From positions 65,149-129,148 of the forward strand of contig CAZXFD010000003.1 in assembly GCA_964640635.1 (NCBI GenBank): 64,000 nt of DNA. The letters run 5' to 3'. Under the pieces are notes generated by a model, which saw nothing but the letters and a program-made list of their open reading frames with translations, made no database searches and was not told the DNA's origin. How positions within the stretch are numbered: position 1 is the first letter of the stretch; each line of letters starts with the position of its first letter. Made by a program: the position numbers and the translations under genes. This document shows, piece after piece, positions 47,877 to 56,872 of the stretch. Origin of the DNA: an uncultured Gammaproteobacteria bacterium. Lineage in GTDB: Bacteria; Patescibacteriota; Patescibacteriia; UBA1558; S5-K13.

Positions 47877-48596
47877 ATGCAAAAAAATACGCAATTAAAA
47901 ATTTTAGTGTTTATATTTTTTGTAATTATTTTGGTCCTATGGTTTTATGTTAATGGAAAATTTGATAAATTTTCTTTTTCTATGGGAGATGACTTACAGA
48001 GCATAAAGAATCAGTTATCGCAATCTATTTCTGATGTAAAAAACGATCCTAAGATAGCAGAGTTAAACAAAGAAATAAGCATAGCTAAGGATCTTATCAG
48101 ACAAGAAATCTCAACTACAACAAAAAGTGCTTCAACGACGGAGCTTGACAATAGTTTAGCACAAAAAGTATTAGATAGGATTAATAATTCAAGCACTACA
48201 TTAGGAGTTAATGTTAATTATAAATATGATCCATGGAAAATAGAGTTTGAATATCCATCTGATATGGAAAAAGTCATAGATACGAATAACCAGTCGATTT
48301 CTTTAAATGATGAGTTTGGTACTGGTGTTATTATTTACCACAAAGAGTTAAAAGAAAAAACATTTGGAGAGTGGCTTACAAAAAATTTTGATTTAAATAT
48401 TTTAAATAAAGAAGTTATTGATGGGTTAACGTTTTGGTCAAGAAACTATGAGGAGTCGATGACACAATCAAAGGCGTATTATGTAAATTTTGGCAAAAAT
48501 ATTTTTATAATATCAGCAAGTTATAAACAGGAAAATTCTATTGTTGCAATAGAAAAATTAATGACAATTATTAATTCTTTTAAAATAACTAAATAA
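47877..48596 (+). CDS. Membrane-anchored hypothetical protein (PsbP-like C-terminus)
   Basis: TM; FEYP..., terminal I.NSF motif. Confidence 0.7.
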   Translation: MQKNTQLKILVFIFFVIILVLWFYVNGKFDKFSFSMGDDLQSIKNQLSQSISDVKNDPKIAELNKEISIAKDLIRQEISTTTKSASTTELDNSLAQKVLDRINNSSTTLGVNVNYKYDPWKIEFEYPSDMEKVIDTNNQSISLNDEFGTGVIIYHKELKEKTFGEWLTKNFDLNILNKEVIDGLTFWSRNYEESMTQSKAYYVNFGKNIFIISASYKQENSIVAIEKLMTIINSFKITK

Positions 48597-48641
48597 ATTT
48601 AAATTTTTAAAATAGTATTTAATAAGCCATAAATTAAAATT

Positions 48642-48878
48642 ATGGAAAATGATTTTCAAAAAGACAAAATAGATGATGTTTTTTCTGATCTTGAAACATC
48701 TATTGACACAGGAGATGGACGGGCAGAAATGTCAGTCCCTAATTATGAGGCTGAGATGGTTTTAGATGAGCCTAGAGAAGAAAAATATGAAAATAATAAG
48801 AAATCAAATTTGGGATTTTTTGTTATTTTGGCAGTTATATTAACACTTGGAGTCCTGATAATTTTTCGTATTTTGTAG
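48642..48878 (+). CDS. Small acidic protein with C-terminal TM
   Basis: 78 aa ORF. Confidence 0.65.
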   Translation: MENDFQKDKIDDVFSDLETSIDTGDGRAEMSVPNYEAEMVLDEPREEKYENNKKSNLGFFVILAVILTLGVLIIFRIL

Positions 48879-49020
48879 TAATGATTTGGATAATTTGTAG
48901 TCTTCATATAGAGGCGCATGTTTTAAATTGAGAAGCGGTATTTTCCGTTTCTTTGATTCTTGACTAAAGGTAATATTATTGTTATATTAGAGCGTAGTTA
49001 ATAAATATTTAGAAAAAGAT

Positions 49021-49158
49021 ATGCCAAAGCGAACATTTCAACCAAAAAAGATAAAAAGAGCCAAAAGACATGGTTTTATGCAAAGAATGTCTAGTGTTGG
49101 CGGCAAAAGAGTGTTGTCTAGTAGACGTGCAAAGGGTAGAAAAAAACTTAGCGCCTAA
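49021..49158 (+). CDS. rpmH: 50S ribosomal protein L34 (not in ORF track)
   Basis: [45 protein letters not shown]. Confidence 0.98.
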   Translation: MPKRTFQPKKIKRAKRHGFMQRMSSVGGKRVLSSRRAKGRKKLSA

Positions 49159-49162
49159 ATTT

Positions 49163-49558
49163 ATGCTTGCTAAAAAATTTAGAATAAAATTTAAAAAGGA
49201 CTTTGATAATATATTAAAGTCGCGAAATAAATTTTTTAGTAATAATTTCAGCATAAAATTTTATCCAAATTATCAGGATATAAGCAAGTTTTCTATAGTT
49301 GTTTCAACAAAAATTTCAAAGAAAGCAACGGTAAGAAATCAACTTCGAAGAAGAATATTTGAAATTTTAAGACTTAAAATGCCAAATATAAAATCTGGAT
49401 ATAGTGTTATGATATTTGCAAAACAGGGCGCTATATTATTAGATTATGAAAATTTAGAGCAAGAAATCTTTTATCTATTAAATAAGTCTAGGTTACTTAA
49501 ATATGAAAAAGATACTCTTAAAGATTATAAGAATTTATCAAAAAACCATATCTCCTGA
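49163..49558 (+). CDS. rnpA: Ribonuclease P protein component
   Basis: ML.KK.RI....DF; VVS.KISKKA.VRN.LRR; start at ATG 49163. Confidence 0.95.
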   Translation: MLAKKFRIKFKKDFDNILKSRNKFFSNNFSIKFYPNYQDISKFSIVVSTKISKKATVRNQLRRRIFEILRLKMPNIKSGYSVMIFAKQGAILLDYENLEQEIFYLLNKSRLLKYEKDTLKDYKNLSKNHIS

Positions 49559-49736
49559 TCATGGATTTTTTGCATATAAACATCCCGCTGGACTTTGTAG
49601 ATATTATCCAAGTTGTTCGCAGTATGGGTACAATGCTATTTCAAAACATGGCGTTATGCAGGGCTTGTTTATGACAGTTAAGAGAATTCTAAGATGTAAT
49701 CCATTTTCAAAAGGAGGATATGATCCGGTAGAATAA
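49503..49736 (+). CDS. yidD: Membrane protein insertion efficiency factor YidD
   Basis: YQ..ISP...CRYYPSCS.Y...[13 protein letters not shown]. Confidence 0.96.
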   Translation: MKKILLKIIRIYQKTISPDHGFFAYKHPAGLCRYYPSCSQYGYNAISKHGVMQGLFMTVKRILRCNPFSKGGYDPVE

Positions 49737-49880
49737 TTTTCAATTTTAAATTTTCAAATGATTTATTATTTATGTATTTGTAAATTCTAATAGTAAATAT
49801 ATAAATAATAAATTAATAACAAAATCAAAAATAACAAATAACAAATAACAAATCTCGCTAAGCGAGATAAATAAAACAAT

Positions 49881-50636
49881 ATGGGTAATTTATTTCACGT
49901 AGTTTTGTATCAACCACTTTTTAATCTACTAGTGTTTTTTTATAATCTTATTCCAGATATAGGTGTTTCTATTATAATCATTACTCTTATAGTGAAGATA
50001 ATTTTATTTCCACTTTCTAGAAAAGCTGCAAAATCTCAAAGAGCTTTGCAACTCATGCAACCAAAAATAGAAGCATTGAAAGCACAGTACAAAGATGATA
50101 AAGAAAAATTAGCAAAGGAAACAATGCTTCTTTATAAAAATGAAAAGATAAATCCATTTTCATCATGCTTACCACTTTTGATACAGTTCCCAATTATTAT
50201 AGCTGTTTATCAGGTATTTATGAGTGGACTTAAAGTAAACGATTTTCAAGAATTATATAGTTTTATTACAAATCCAGGAGTAATAAATACAACAATGCTT
50301 GGTATTTCATGGCTCGATTTATCAAAGCCATTAATATTTCTTGGAGTACTTGCTGGCGCAGCACAATTTTGGCAAAGTAGGATTTTGATGGCAAAAACTA
50401 AACTACACAAAGTAAATGACGATAAGAAAGAGCCGGGAATTCCAGAGATGATGAATAAGCAGATGATGTATATGATGCCTATTATCACAGTTGTAATTAG
50501 CGCATCTCTTCCAGGTGGACTTGCACTATATTGGTTTGTGATGACTTTGTTTAGTGTATTCGAACAATATTTAGCAAATAAGTCTATTGCTCAGAAAGAT
50601 GGCAACATTGTGCCAGAGGTTATTGATATAAAATAG
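49881..50636 (+). CDS. yidC: Membrane protein insertase YidC/Oxa1
   Basis: QPKI..L...YK, NPFSSCLP.LIQ.P, P.GLALYW. Confidence 0.96.
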   Translation: MGNLFHVVLYQPLFNLLVFFYNLIPDIGVSIIIITLIVKIILFPLSRKAAKSQRALQLMQPKIEALKAQYKDDKEKLAKETMLLYKNEKINPFSSCLPLLIQFPIIIAVYQVFMSGLKVNDFQELYSFITNPGVINTTMLGISWLDLSKPLIFLGVLAGAAQFWQSRILMAKTKLHKVNDDKKEPGIPEMMNKQMMYMMPIITVVISASLPGGLALYWFVMTLFSVFEQYLANKSIAQKDGNIVPEVIDIK

Positions 50637-50808
50637 GGGAAAGGGGAAAGGCGAAAAGAATAAGAATTGAATATTAAATTAGAACAAAAGAAAACACTTC
50701 AGTTGAGCTTAGGGGTGTTTTTTTATATAGAGTTTATTCATCGACAAATAAAAAAACTCCTTTCAAAGGGAGTCAATAATCTGGAATCTGAATGTTGATA
50801 GCTGACAG

Positions 50809-51549
50809 CTAGAACCGTCTATTTCCACCGACTATAATATTTAATTTATTGTTTGCTAGATCAATTTTAACGGGGGTGTTAATTGATTGAAAATTATCAA
50901 AAGCAATAGGAATAGATTCTTCTTCAGATGTAATGGCTATTGTTTTAGCTCTAATCATGCTGTGTTGGGATTTTTTTGAAAAAAGTTTACCAGGTTTTTC
51001 TATACAAATTTCAAGTTTTTCATCTTTTGGGTTTGAGGTGCACATAGAATTGTCATTTTCAAAGTCTATGTTTTTTATAGTAATTTTATCACCCCTTTCT
51101 ATCGTCATTTTGAAATTATCTATTTTTATAGCTGTATTTTTATGACTTATAAAATTGAGTGCATGAATAAATATTTTTTGATTAACTTGCCATACATCTA
51201 TTTTTTCTATTATTCTTCCACTTACAATATTGCAAGCAAGTTCGCCACCAGGTATTCCAAAGTAATTTGCAAAAGCACTTTTTGAGTCTATTGGTATAAA
51301 TCCAAAAGTTATTCCCTGAGAAAGCGAGGACTCTATTACATGGGTAAGTGTTTTGTCATTGCCAACAACGACCGCTGTATGAGCGCCCTTTTTTATTTCT
51401 TCTTTAATAAAATTGCCAACATTTTTGAGTAAGTTTAGCTGATATATTTTTCCTTTTATATCAAGGTCAGTTACTCGATTCTCTATTTTATTTAGAAGAT
51501 TTTTATATTTTTTCTCTTTTAGACAAGAGTCGTATATATATAGATACAT
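50809..51549 (-). CDS. Soluble diacylglycerol-kinase-like (YegS/DAGK) protein
   Basis: VVVGNDKT, GFIPI, A..FGI motifs. Confidence 0.75.
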   Translation of the reverse strand: MYLYIYDSCLKEKKYKNLLNKIENRVTDLDIKGKIYQLNLLKNVGNFIKEEIKKGAHTAVVVGNDKTLTHVIESSLSQGITFGFIPIDSKSAFANYFGIPGGELACNIVSGRIIEKIDVWQVNQKIFIHALNFISHKNTAIKIDNFKMTIERGDKITIKNIDFENDNSMCTSNPKDEKLEICIEKPGKLFSKKSQHSMIRAKTIAITSEEESIPIAFDNFQSINTPVKIDLANNKLNIIVGGNRRF

Positions 51550-51578
51550 AAATTAAGATATAAACGGGTTATAAAGTT

Positions 51579-51608
51579 TCTGCCGGAGGCGGATCCGCTT
51601 TTAGCGGA
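51579..51608. repeat. Double GC hairpin (REP-like)
   Basis: tctgccggaggcgga-tccgcttttagcgga. Confidence 0.72.
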
Positions 51609-51639
51609 AAAAAACAAAAAGTCGAAAGTTTGGAGCGGA

Positions 51640-52050
51640 TTATTCTAATTCTTCTTTTTTCTCAATTTTTCCTTTAGAGTTGATTTGCATTTGTTTGTTT
51701 TGTTGATCTCCTACTTTTACATTGCCATTTATTTCACAACCAGATTCAACTGCAATAGATTGTGCTTTGATATCACCTTTAATAATAGCAGTTTTTGCTA
51801 TATCAAGAGATTCCTCGACATCTATATTACCAATAACCCTTCCAGATATAAAAGCACTTTTTGCATTTATATTTGCGTTTATTTCTGCATTTTCTCCTAC
51901 TAATACATGGCCATCTGTTGAAAAAGAACCATTTAGTCTTCCTTCTACAACGACATTTCCATGACCATTGAAATCGCCTTCTAAAATCACAGATTCACCT
52001 ATAATGGTTTCTGTATTTTTGATACTACTCATATCTTCTTTTTTAAACAT
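51640..52050 (-). CDS. Bactofilin (polymer-forming cytoskeletal protein)
   Basis: TIIG....LEG.....G...VEG...G beta-helix pattern. Confidence 0.93.
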   Translation of the reverse strand: MFKKEDMSSIKNTETIIGESVILEGDFNGHGNVVVEGRLNGSFSTDGHVLVGENAEINANINAKSAFISGRVIGNIDVEESLDIAKTAIIKGDIKAQSIAVESGCEINGNVKVGDQQNKQMQINSKGKIEKKEELE

Positions 52051-52272
52051 ATATTTATTTGATATTTAATTTACTCAATCATAAAGAGTGAGTATTAATA
52101 ATTAGATTACTAACATAATTTTAAGTGTTAATCTTGGTCGTGTCAACATTGACCCACCCACCCTTAAATTGTGTGGTATATAAGGTAATTTTGGTTTATT
52201 TATAATAAAAATAGAGATGATTTGCGGGTCATCTCTATTTGAAATAAGTCAATTTAAGGGTGGGGGGGGGGA

Positions 52273-53490
52273 TTATTCTTCTGCTGAGTGATTTTCTATA
52301 TTTTCCTTTTCTTCATCTGAATTTTTGATGATTTCTTCTTCGTTTGTTGTTTCTTTATCAAAGAATCCTTCAGCACCTTCTATGTCTATTTTCCAACCAG
52401 TTAATTTTGCAGCGAGTTTTACATTTTGACCTTCACGACCTATTGCAAGTGATAGCTGGTCCTCAGCAACTTTTACAATAGCAGTCTGTGCTTCTTTGTT
52501 TAACTCTATGTTTATTACTTTTGCAGGAGAAAGAGCATTTTTGATAAAAACGTGAAAATCTTTGTCCCATTCTATAATATCTATTTTTTCTCCACCAAGT
52601 TCTCCTATAATCGTTTGAACACGAGATCCCTTTTGTCCAACACATGAACCAACTGGATCTATATTTTCTTGATTACTTGATACAGCGATTTTTGTTCTAA
52701 ACCCAGGATCTCTTGCAATGGCTTTTATCTCTACAATTCCATTGGCAATTTCTGGAACTTCAAGACTAAATATTTTATTTATTATTTCTGGATGTGCACG
52801 AGATACTAGAATTCTTGGACCACGTGGAGTAATATCTGTTTTTAGAATCATGACCTTAAGTCTGGATCCTATTGAGTAATTATCTGTTTTTACTTGCTCT
52901 TCTGGGGGAAGTATTCCAATGGTTCTATTTAGATCTACTAATACATTTGGACCTTCTCTGCGCTGTACTACTGTATTTATAACCTCGCCCTCTCTTTGTT
53001 GGAAGTCGCTTATAATCATTTCTCTTTCAGCTTCTCTTATTTTTTGTATTATAACTTGTTTTGCTGTTTGAGCTGCTATTCTTCCGAAGTCACTTGGAAT
53101 TTCAAGAGCAGTTATTAATTCTTCGCCAAGTTTAATTTTTTTGTTATGGGTTTTTGCCTCGCTCAACATTATTTCTGTTTTTGGATTAAATCTATTTATA
53201 CCCTCTGGCATCTCTTCACCCTCTTTTAAGGTGTCTTTTATGGCATTGTATTCTTCTAATTCTTTTTCTATGTCGCGATCTTCTACAACTATTTTTACGT
53301 CATGTATTTCTACATCACCATTGTCAATATTGAATTTAACTTTGAGATTTTGATTTTTATCTCCAAAATCTTTTCTATACGCAGCCCCAAGAGCTGCCTC
53401 TATCCCTTCGATGACAGACTCTATAGAGATATTTTTTTCTTCACAAATTGTTTGTATTGCTTGTTTTATTTCTTCTATGTTTGCAAACAT
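52273..53490 (-). CDS. nusA: Transcription termination/antitermination factor NusA
   Basis: FGRIAAQTAKQVI.Q, EVPEI, AR.PG.RTKIAV, LSLAIG..GQNV.LA. Confidence 0.99.
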   Translation of the reverse strand: MFANIEEIKQAIQTICEEKNISIESVIEGIEAALGAAYRKDFGDKNQNLKVKFNIDNGDVEIHDVKIVVEDRDIEKELEEYNAIKDTLKEGEEMPEGINRFNPKTEIMLSEAKTHNKKIKLGEELITALEIPSDFGRIAAQTAKQVIIQKIREAEREMIISDFQQREGEVINTVVQRREGPNVLVDLNRTIGILPPEEQVKTDNYSIGSRLKVMILKTDITPRGPRILVSRAHPEIINKIFSLEVPEIANGIVEIKAIARDPGFRTKIAVSSNQENIDPVGSCVGQKGSRVQTIIGELGGEKIDIIEWDKDFHVFIKNALSPAKVINIELNKEAQTAIVKVAEDQLSLAIGREGQNVKLAAKLTGWKIDIEGAEGFFDKETTNEEEIIKNSDEEKENIENHSAEE

Positions 53491-53491
53491 G

Positions 53492-53571
53492 GATTTAGTG
53501 GGCTAGTAGATTATTAGGGTTAGTGGGCTGGGAAATTCCTAACCATCTAACCATCTAACCATCTAACCATC
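53492..53571. repeat. 8-bp tandem repeat (CTAACCAT x4) with a degenerate complementary arm in the nusA leader
   Basis: Perfect repeats at 53539-53570; ttagtgggctag...ttagggttagtgggctgg at 53495-53532. Confidence 0.9.
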
Positions 53572-53662
53572 AGTAATTAAAATTTAAAAAAACTAGTATA
53601 ATGATGTATACTAGGATAATATTATATTAGCATAAATATTTTTATTCGTCAATGCAAAATTT

Positions 53663-53959
53663 ATGAAATCCATAAAAACTTCAAAAAACAAGTATTTATT
53701 ACCTATTGAAGCAGAAATTGATCTCCATGGAATGACAAGGTCTGAGGCAGTGCAAGAGGTTATGCACTTTTTGAAAGATTGTGCATCAGACCATCATTAT
53801 AAAGTAAGAATTATTACTGGCCGTGGATTGCACTCAAAAAATAATGAGGGGGTTTTGAAAAATCATATAGAAAATTATTTGAGTGATCATGGATACAAGT
53901 TTTCAGGTGCAAAGATAAATGAAGGAGGAGAAGGTGCGCTTATCGTTTTTCTAGATTAA
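53663..53959 (+). CDS. Smr/MutS2 C-terminal domain protein
   Basis: IDLHG.T..EA, IITGRG.HS, GG.GA..V. Confidence 0.93.
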   Translation: MKSIKTSKNKYLLPIEAEIDLHGMTRSEAVQEVMHFLKDCASDHHYKVRIITGRGLHSKNNEGVLKNHIENYLSDHGYKFSGAKINEGGEGALIVFLD

Positions 53960-53989
53960 AAAAATAAACGAATAGTATGACGGGTGTGC

Positions 53990-54619
53990 TCATTTTCTTT
54001 TTTTAAATGCGAAAGAAATAATTATCATTGAAATTTGAAGCAATAAATTTAGAATGATAATTGAAATAACACCAAGTAAGATACTAGAGAGAAATTGAGA
54101 TTTTATAAAAAAGGATATTATAATAAGTGGCCAAATATTTTTTAAGTCTTGAAAAGACGGACCTATCATTGCCCCAGAATTTAATATAAGTAGAATAAAT
54201 ACAAGAGACTGCCATTTTATGAAATTTAGTTTATTGAGAATTTCTAATATGTACTTTGGTATTTCAGAAATGTTATTTATGGTTTTAAAAACTACAAAAT
54301 CGTTTAATAATAGGTGATTTATCAAAGTTATAAACAATATTCCTCCTGCAATAGGAGCGAGCGATATAAGCGCTTGTCCTAGTATTGGTATTTTTGATTT
54401 TTGATGAGTTATATGTGGTGATTTAGAAAAAATAGAGGCATCTGTTATTTTTGCTCCAGTTAATACACAGAGTGTTGCATGGGATAGTTCGTGTATAATT
54501 GCTCCGACATAATATAGCCATCTTACAAAATAAGAATTCAAAAATCTACCATTTAATAAATTACTAAAATAGCCAAGAACTGTTATTGAAATTATTAAAA
54601 TGCCCAAATTAAAGTTCAT
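53990..54619 (-). CDS. M50-like membrane metallopeptidase
   Basis: HELSH, LAP, PS.QD motifs. Confidence 0.8.
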   Translation of the reverse strand: MNFNLGILIISITVLGYFSNLLNGRFLNSYFVRWLYYVGAIIHELSHATLCVLTGAKITDASIFSKSPHITHQKSKIPILGQALISLAPIAGGILFITLINHLLLNDFVVFKTINNISEIPKYILEILNKLNFIKWQSLVFILLILNSGAMIGPSFQDLKNIWPLIIISFFIKSQFLSSILLGVISIIILNLLLQISMIIISFAFKKRK

Positions 54620-54659
54620 ATTTTGATTGATTCTTTTATAAGTAAATAATATAATGATA

Positions 54660-54791
54660 TTAGTAAGTTAGCAAGTTAGTGGGTTAGGAAATTAGTTTCA
54701 TAGCCCCTTGGTTTCGTAGAGAAATACATTTATTTTTTACTATGAAACTTTAGCAACTAAGCAACTAACCTTAGTAACTAAGCAACTAACC
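54660..54791. repeat. Inverted 8-bp-period repeat arms including a 21-bp tandem duplication
   Basis: ttagtaagttagcaagttag...; ttag(c/t)aactaagcaactaacc twice at 54750-54791. Confidence 0.8.
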
Positions 54792-54834
54792 TTGACATAA
54801 GTCTAAATTTTTAATAACCTAACTATACAATTTT

Positions 54835-55395
54835 ATGAACGATAAACAAGCTGGAGGAAATCAGCTTTTGAATCCACAGGAAATTTTAGAAAAAAAACTG
54901 AAATTAGGATACGGCTCTTATGTTGGAGCGCTTGGTTGTGGACCAAAGGCATACTTTGCTTTTCAAGCGGCAAGAATTGTCGGTGATAGAGGACTTGTCT
55001 ATGCGGTGGATATTCTAAAAGATATTCTTTCTTCTGTAGATAGTCATGCAAAATCAAACGGTTTTGACAACGTTAGAACAGTTTGGAGTAACTTGGAAGT
55101 ATATGGAGCAACCAAAATTCCAGAAAGCTCACTGGATCTAAGTATGCTTGTAAATGTGCTGTTTCAATCAACTAATATGCCAGAGATGATTAAAGAGGCT
55201 ATACGTCTTATAAAAAAAGGTGGTAAGCTACTTATAATAGATTGGAAAGACATTGGAACTCCAATAGGCCCAAAAGGTGAAAAAAGAGTAGATCCTTTGA
55301 AGATAAAAGAATATGCTGATGTTTTTGGAATGAAATTAGAACAAGAGTTTGAGGCTGGACAATATCACTTTGGACTTGTATTTATAAAAAATTAA
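54835..55395 (+). CDS. Class I SAM-dependent methyltransferase
   Basis: LGCG, VYAVDI, GG.L.IIDW. Confidence 0.88.
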   Translation: MNDKQAGGNQLLNPQEILEKKLKLGYGSYVGALGCGPKAYFAFQAARIVGDRGLVYAVDILKDILSSVDSHAKSNGFDNVRTVWSNLEVYGATKIPESSLDLSMLVNVLFQSTNMPEMIKEAIRLIKKGGKLLIIDWKDIGTPIGPKGEKRVDPLKIKEYADVFGMKLEQEFEAGQYHFGLVFIKN

Positions 55396-55434
55396 GAATA
55401 ATCTTGTCAGATATTAAGACGGGACAATAATATA

Positions 55435-55845
55435 ATGAATGTACAAATTTTCTTTCAGTATTTCTTCGATGCTTATCCACCAATTATAAAAAGTGGAACT
55501 TTTTATGGTCTCCTTATTTTTTCTGTATTATCTGTTGTTGTAGGAACTGTCATAAAAGAATATTTGATAAAAAAACCAGAATTTAGAAAAAGAATAGACA
55601 GATATCAAAAAGCTTTAATTATAAAATTGTCAGATATCTTTATAACATTAGGTATCATAAATGTTTTCTTTATTTTTTTTAGAAAGTTGAGGGTGCCTTA
55701 TTTTCAAATGAGATTTATTTTGTTTTTGTGGTTTATTTTTATTGCTGTTTGGATAATAAATACACTACAACACTATGTAGTAACAGTACCAAAGCTTCGT
55801 GAACAGGATGAAAAAGTTAAGAAGTATGAGCAGTATATTAGTTAG
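55435..55845 (+). CDS. Hypothetical membrane protein
   Basis: Three TMs, FFR...PYF..R. Confidence 0.75.
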   Translation: MNVQIFFQYFFDAYPPIIKSGTFYGLLIFSVLSVVVGTVIKEYLIKKPEFRKRIDRYQKALIIKLSDIFITLGIINVFFIFFRKLRVPYFQMRFILFLWFIFIAVWIINTLQHYVVTVPKLREQDEKVKKYEQYIS

Positions 55846-55934
55846 TTAGGGGGTTAGTTACGTAGCTTCGTAGCTAATCAGTTGAGAGAAAAATTTTACA
55901 ATAGAATAATAAAAGGCCGTAAGGCTTTTTTATT

Positions 55935-56477
55935 ATTTTCAATTTACTATTTAGCAATTTTCCATTGATTTTCAATTTAGATATTTAGAAATTCAAATAG
56001 TAAATAATAAATAATAAATCAATTAAAAATTGAAATTAATAAATAATAAATAAATTGTATGAAAAGCGATTTAACAAAACAAGAGAAATCCCAAGTATTA
56101 GAAGAAAGAACTTCAAGATTTAGCGAGTCTATAATAGGACTTTGTAAATCATTGGAGTCTAATGGCTCTATAAGAATTTTAATAAATCAATTAATGAGAT
56201 CAGCCACTAGTATAGGGGCAAACTATATTGAAGCAAACAACTCAAGTTCCAAAAAAGATTTTAGAAATAAGATATATATTTGTAGAAAAGAAGCCAATGA
56301 AACCAAATATTGGTTAAGATTACTTTCTCAGTATGGGCAAGGGTCTATAAAAATTCAAGAATTAACACAAGAAGTTCAGGAATTTTGTTTAATATTTGGG
56401 AAAATTACGGGAACAATAAATAATCAAATAAATAAATAGTGAATCAATTGAAAATTGAAATTAGAAAATAAAGAATT
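55935..56477. repeat. Degenerate 7-bp repeat arms (TTTCAAT/ATTGAAA, AAATAAT) bracketing the second four-helix-bundle gene
   Basis: ttttcaattt...gattttcaattt upstream; aattgaaaattgaaattagaaaat downstream. Confidence 0.75.
56059..56439 (+). CDS. Four-helix-bundle protein (23S rRNA IVS / bAvd-like family)
   Basis: LEERT..F...QL.RSATSIGANY.EA...S.KDF..K..I..KEA.ET.YWL. Confidence 0.94.
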   Translation: MKSDLTKQEKSQVLEERTSRFSESIIGLCKSLESNGSIRILINQLMRSATSIGANYIEANNSSSKKDFRNKIYICRKEANETKYWLRLLSQYGQGSIKIQELTQEVQEFCLIFGKITGTINNQINK

Positions 56478-56825
56478 ATGAATAAGTATCAACTTGGAAA
56501 ATTTGGTCAGGACATTGTTGAGAAGAAATTTATCTCAGATGGTTTTAAAATTCTAGATAAAAATCAAAAATATAATATTGGAGAACTCGATCTTGTTTGT
56601 AAGAAAGGCGGCAAGATATTTTTCATTGAAGTAAAAACAAGAACAAATACCGTATTTGGAGAAATTGAAAATTGCATCTCAGATTATAAATTAAAAAGTC
56701 TTGAGTCGGCAATAGCTAGATATTTAGAAGAGAAAAATATTGATGTGGATTATTCCCTTGTTTTTGTATTTGTATTTATTGATAGGAAAAACAAAAAGGC
56801 AAGGATAAGGTTGTTGGAGTGTTAG
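56478..56825 (+). CDS. yraN: YraN family (UPF0102) nuclease
   Basis: LG..G...GELDLV......FIEVKTR. Confidence 0.9.
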   Translation: MNKYQLGKFGQDIVEKKFISDGFKILDKNQKYNIGELDLVCKKGGKIFFIEVKTRTNTVFGEIENCISDYKLKSLESAIARYLEEKNIDVDYSLVFVFVFIDRKNKKARIRLLEC

Positions 56826-56872
56826 TTTGTAAAAAATAAAAAAGCCCGCACTGGATTGTACGGGCTGGTAAC

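Noticed and set aside
49070-49162. Cys-rich N-terminal extension of RnpA in the ORF track
   Set aside because: It is an alternative frame of rpmH; RnpA starts at 49163.
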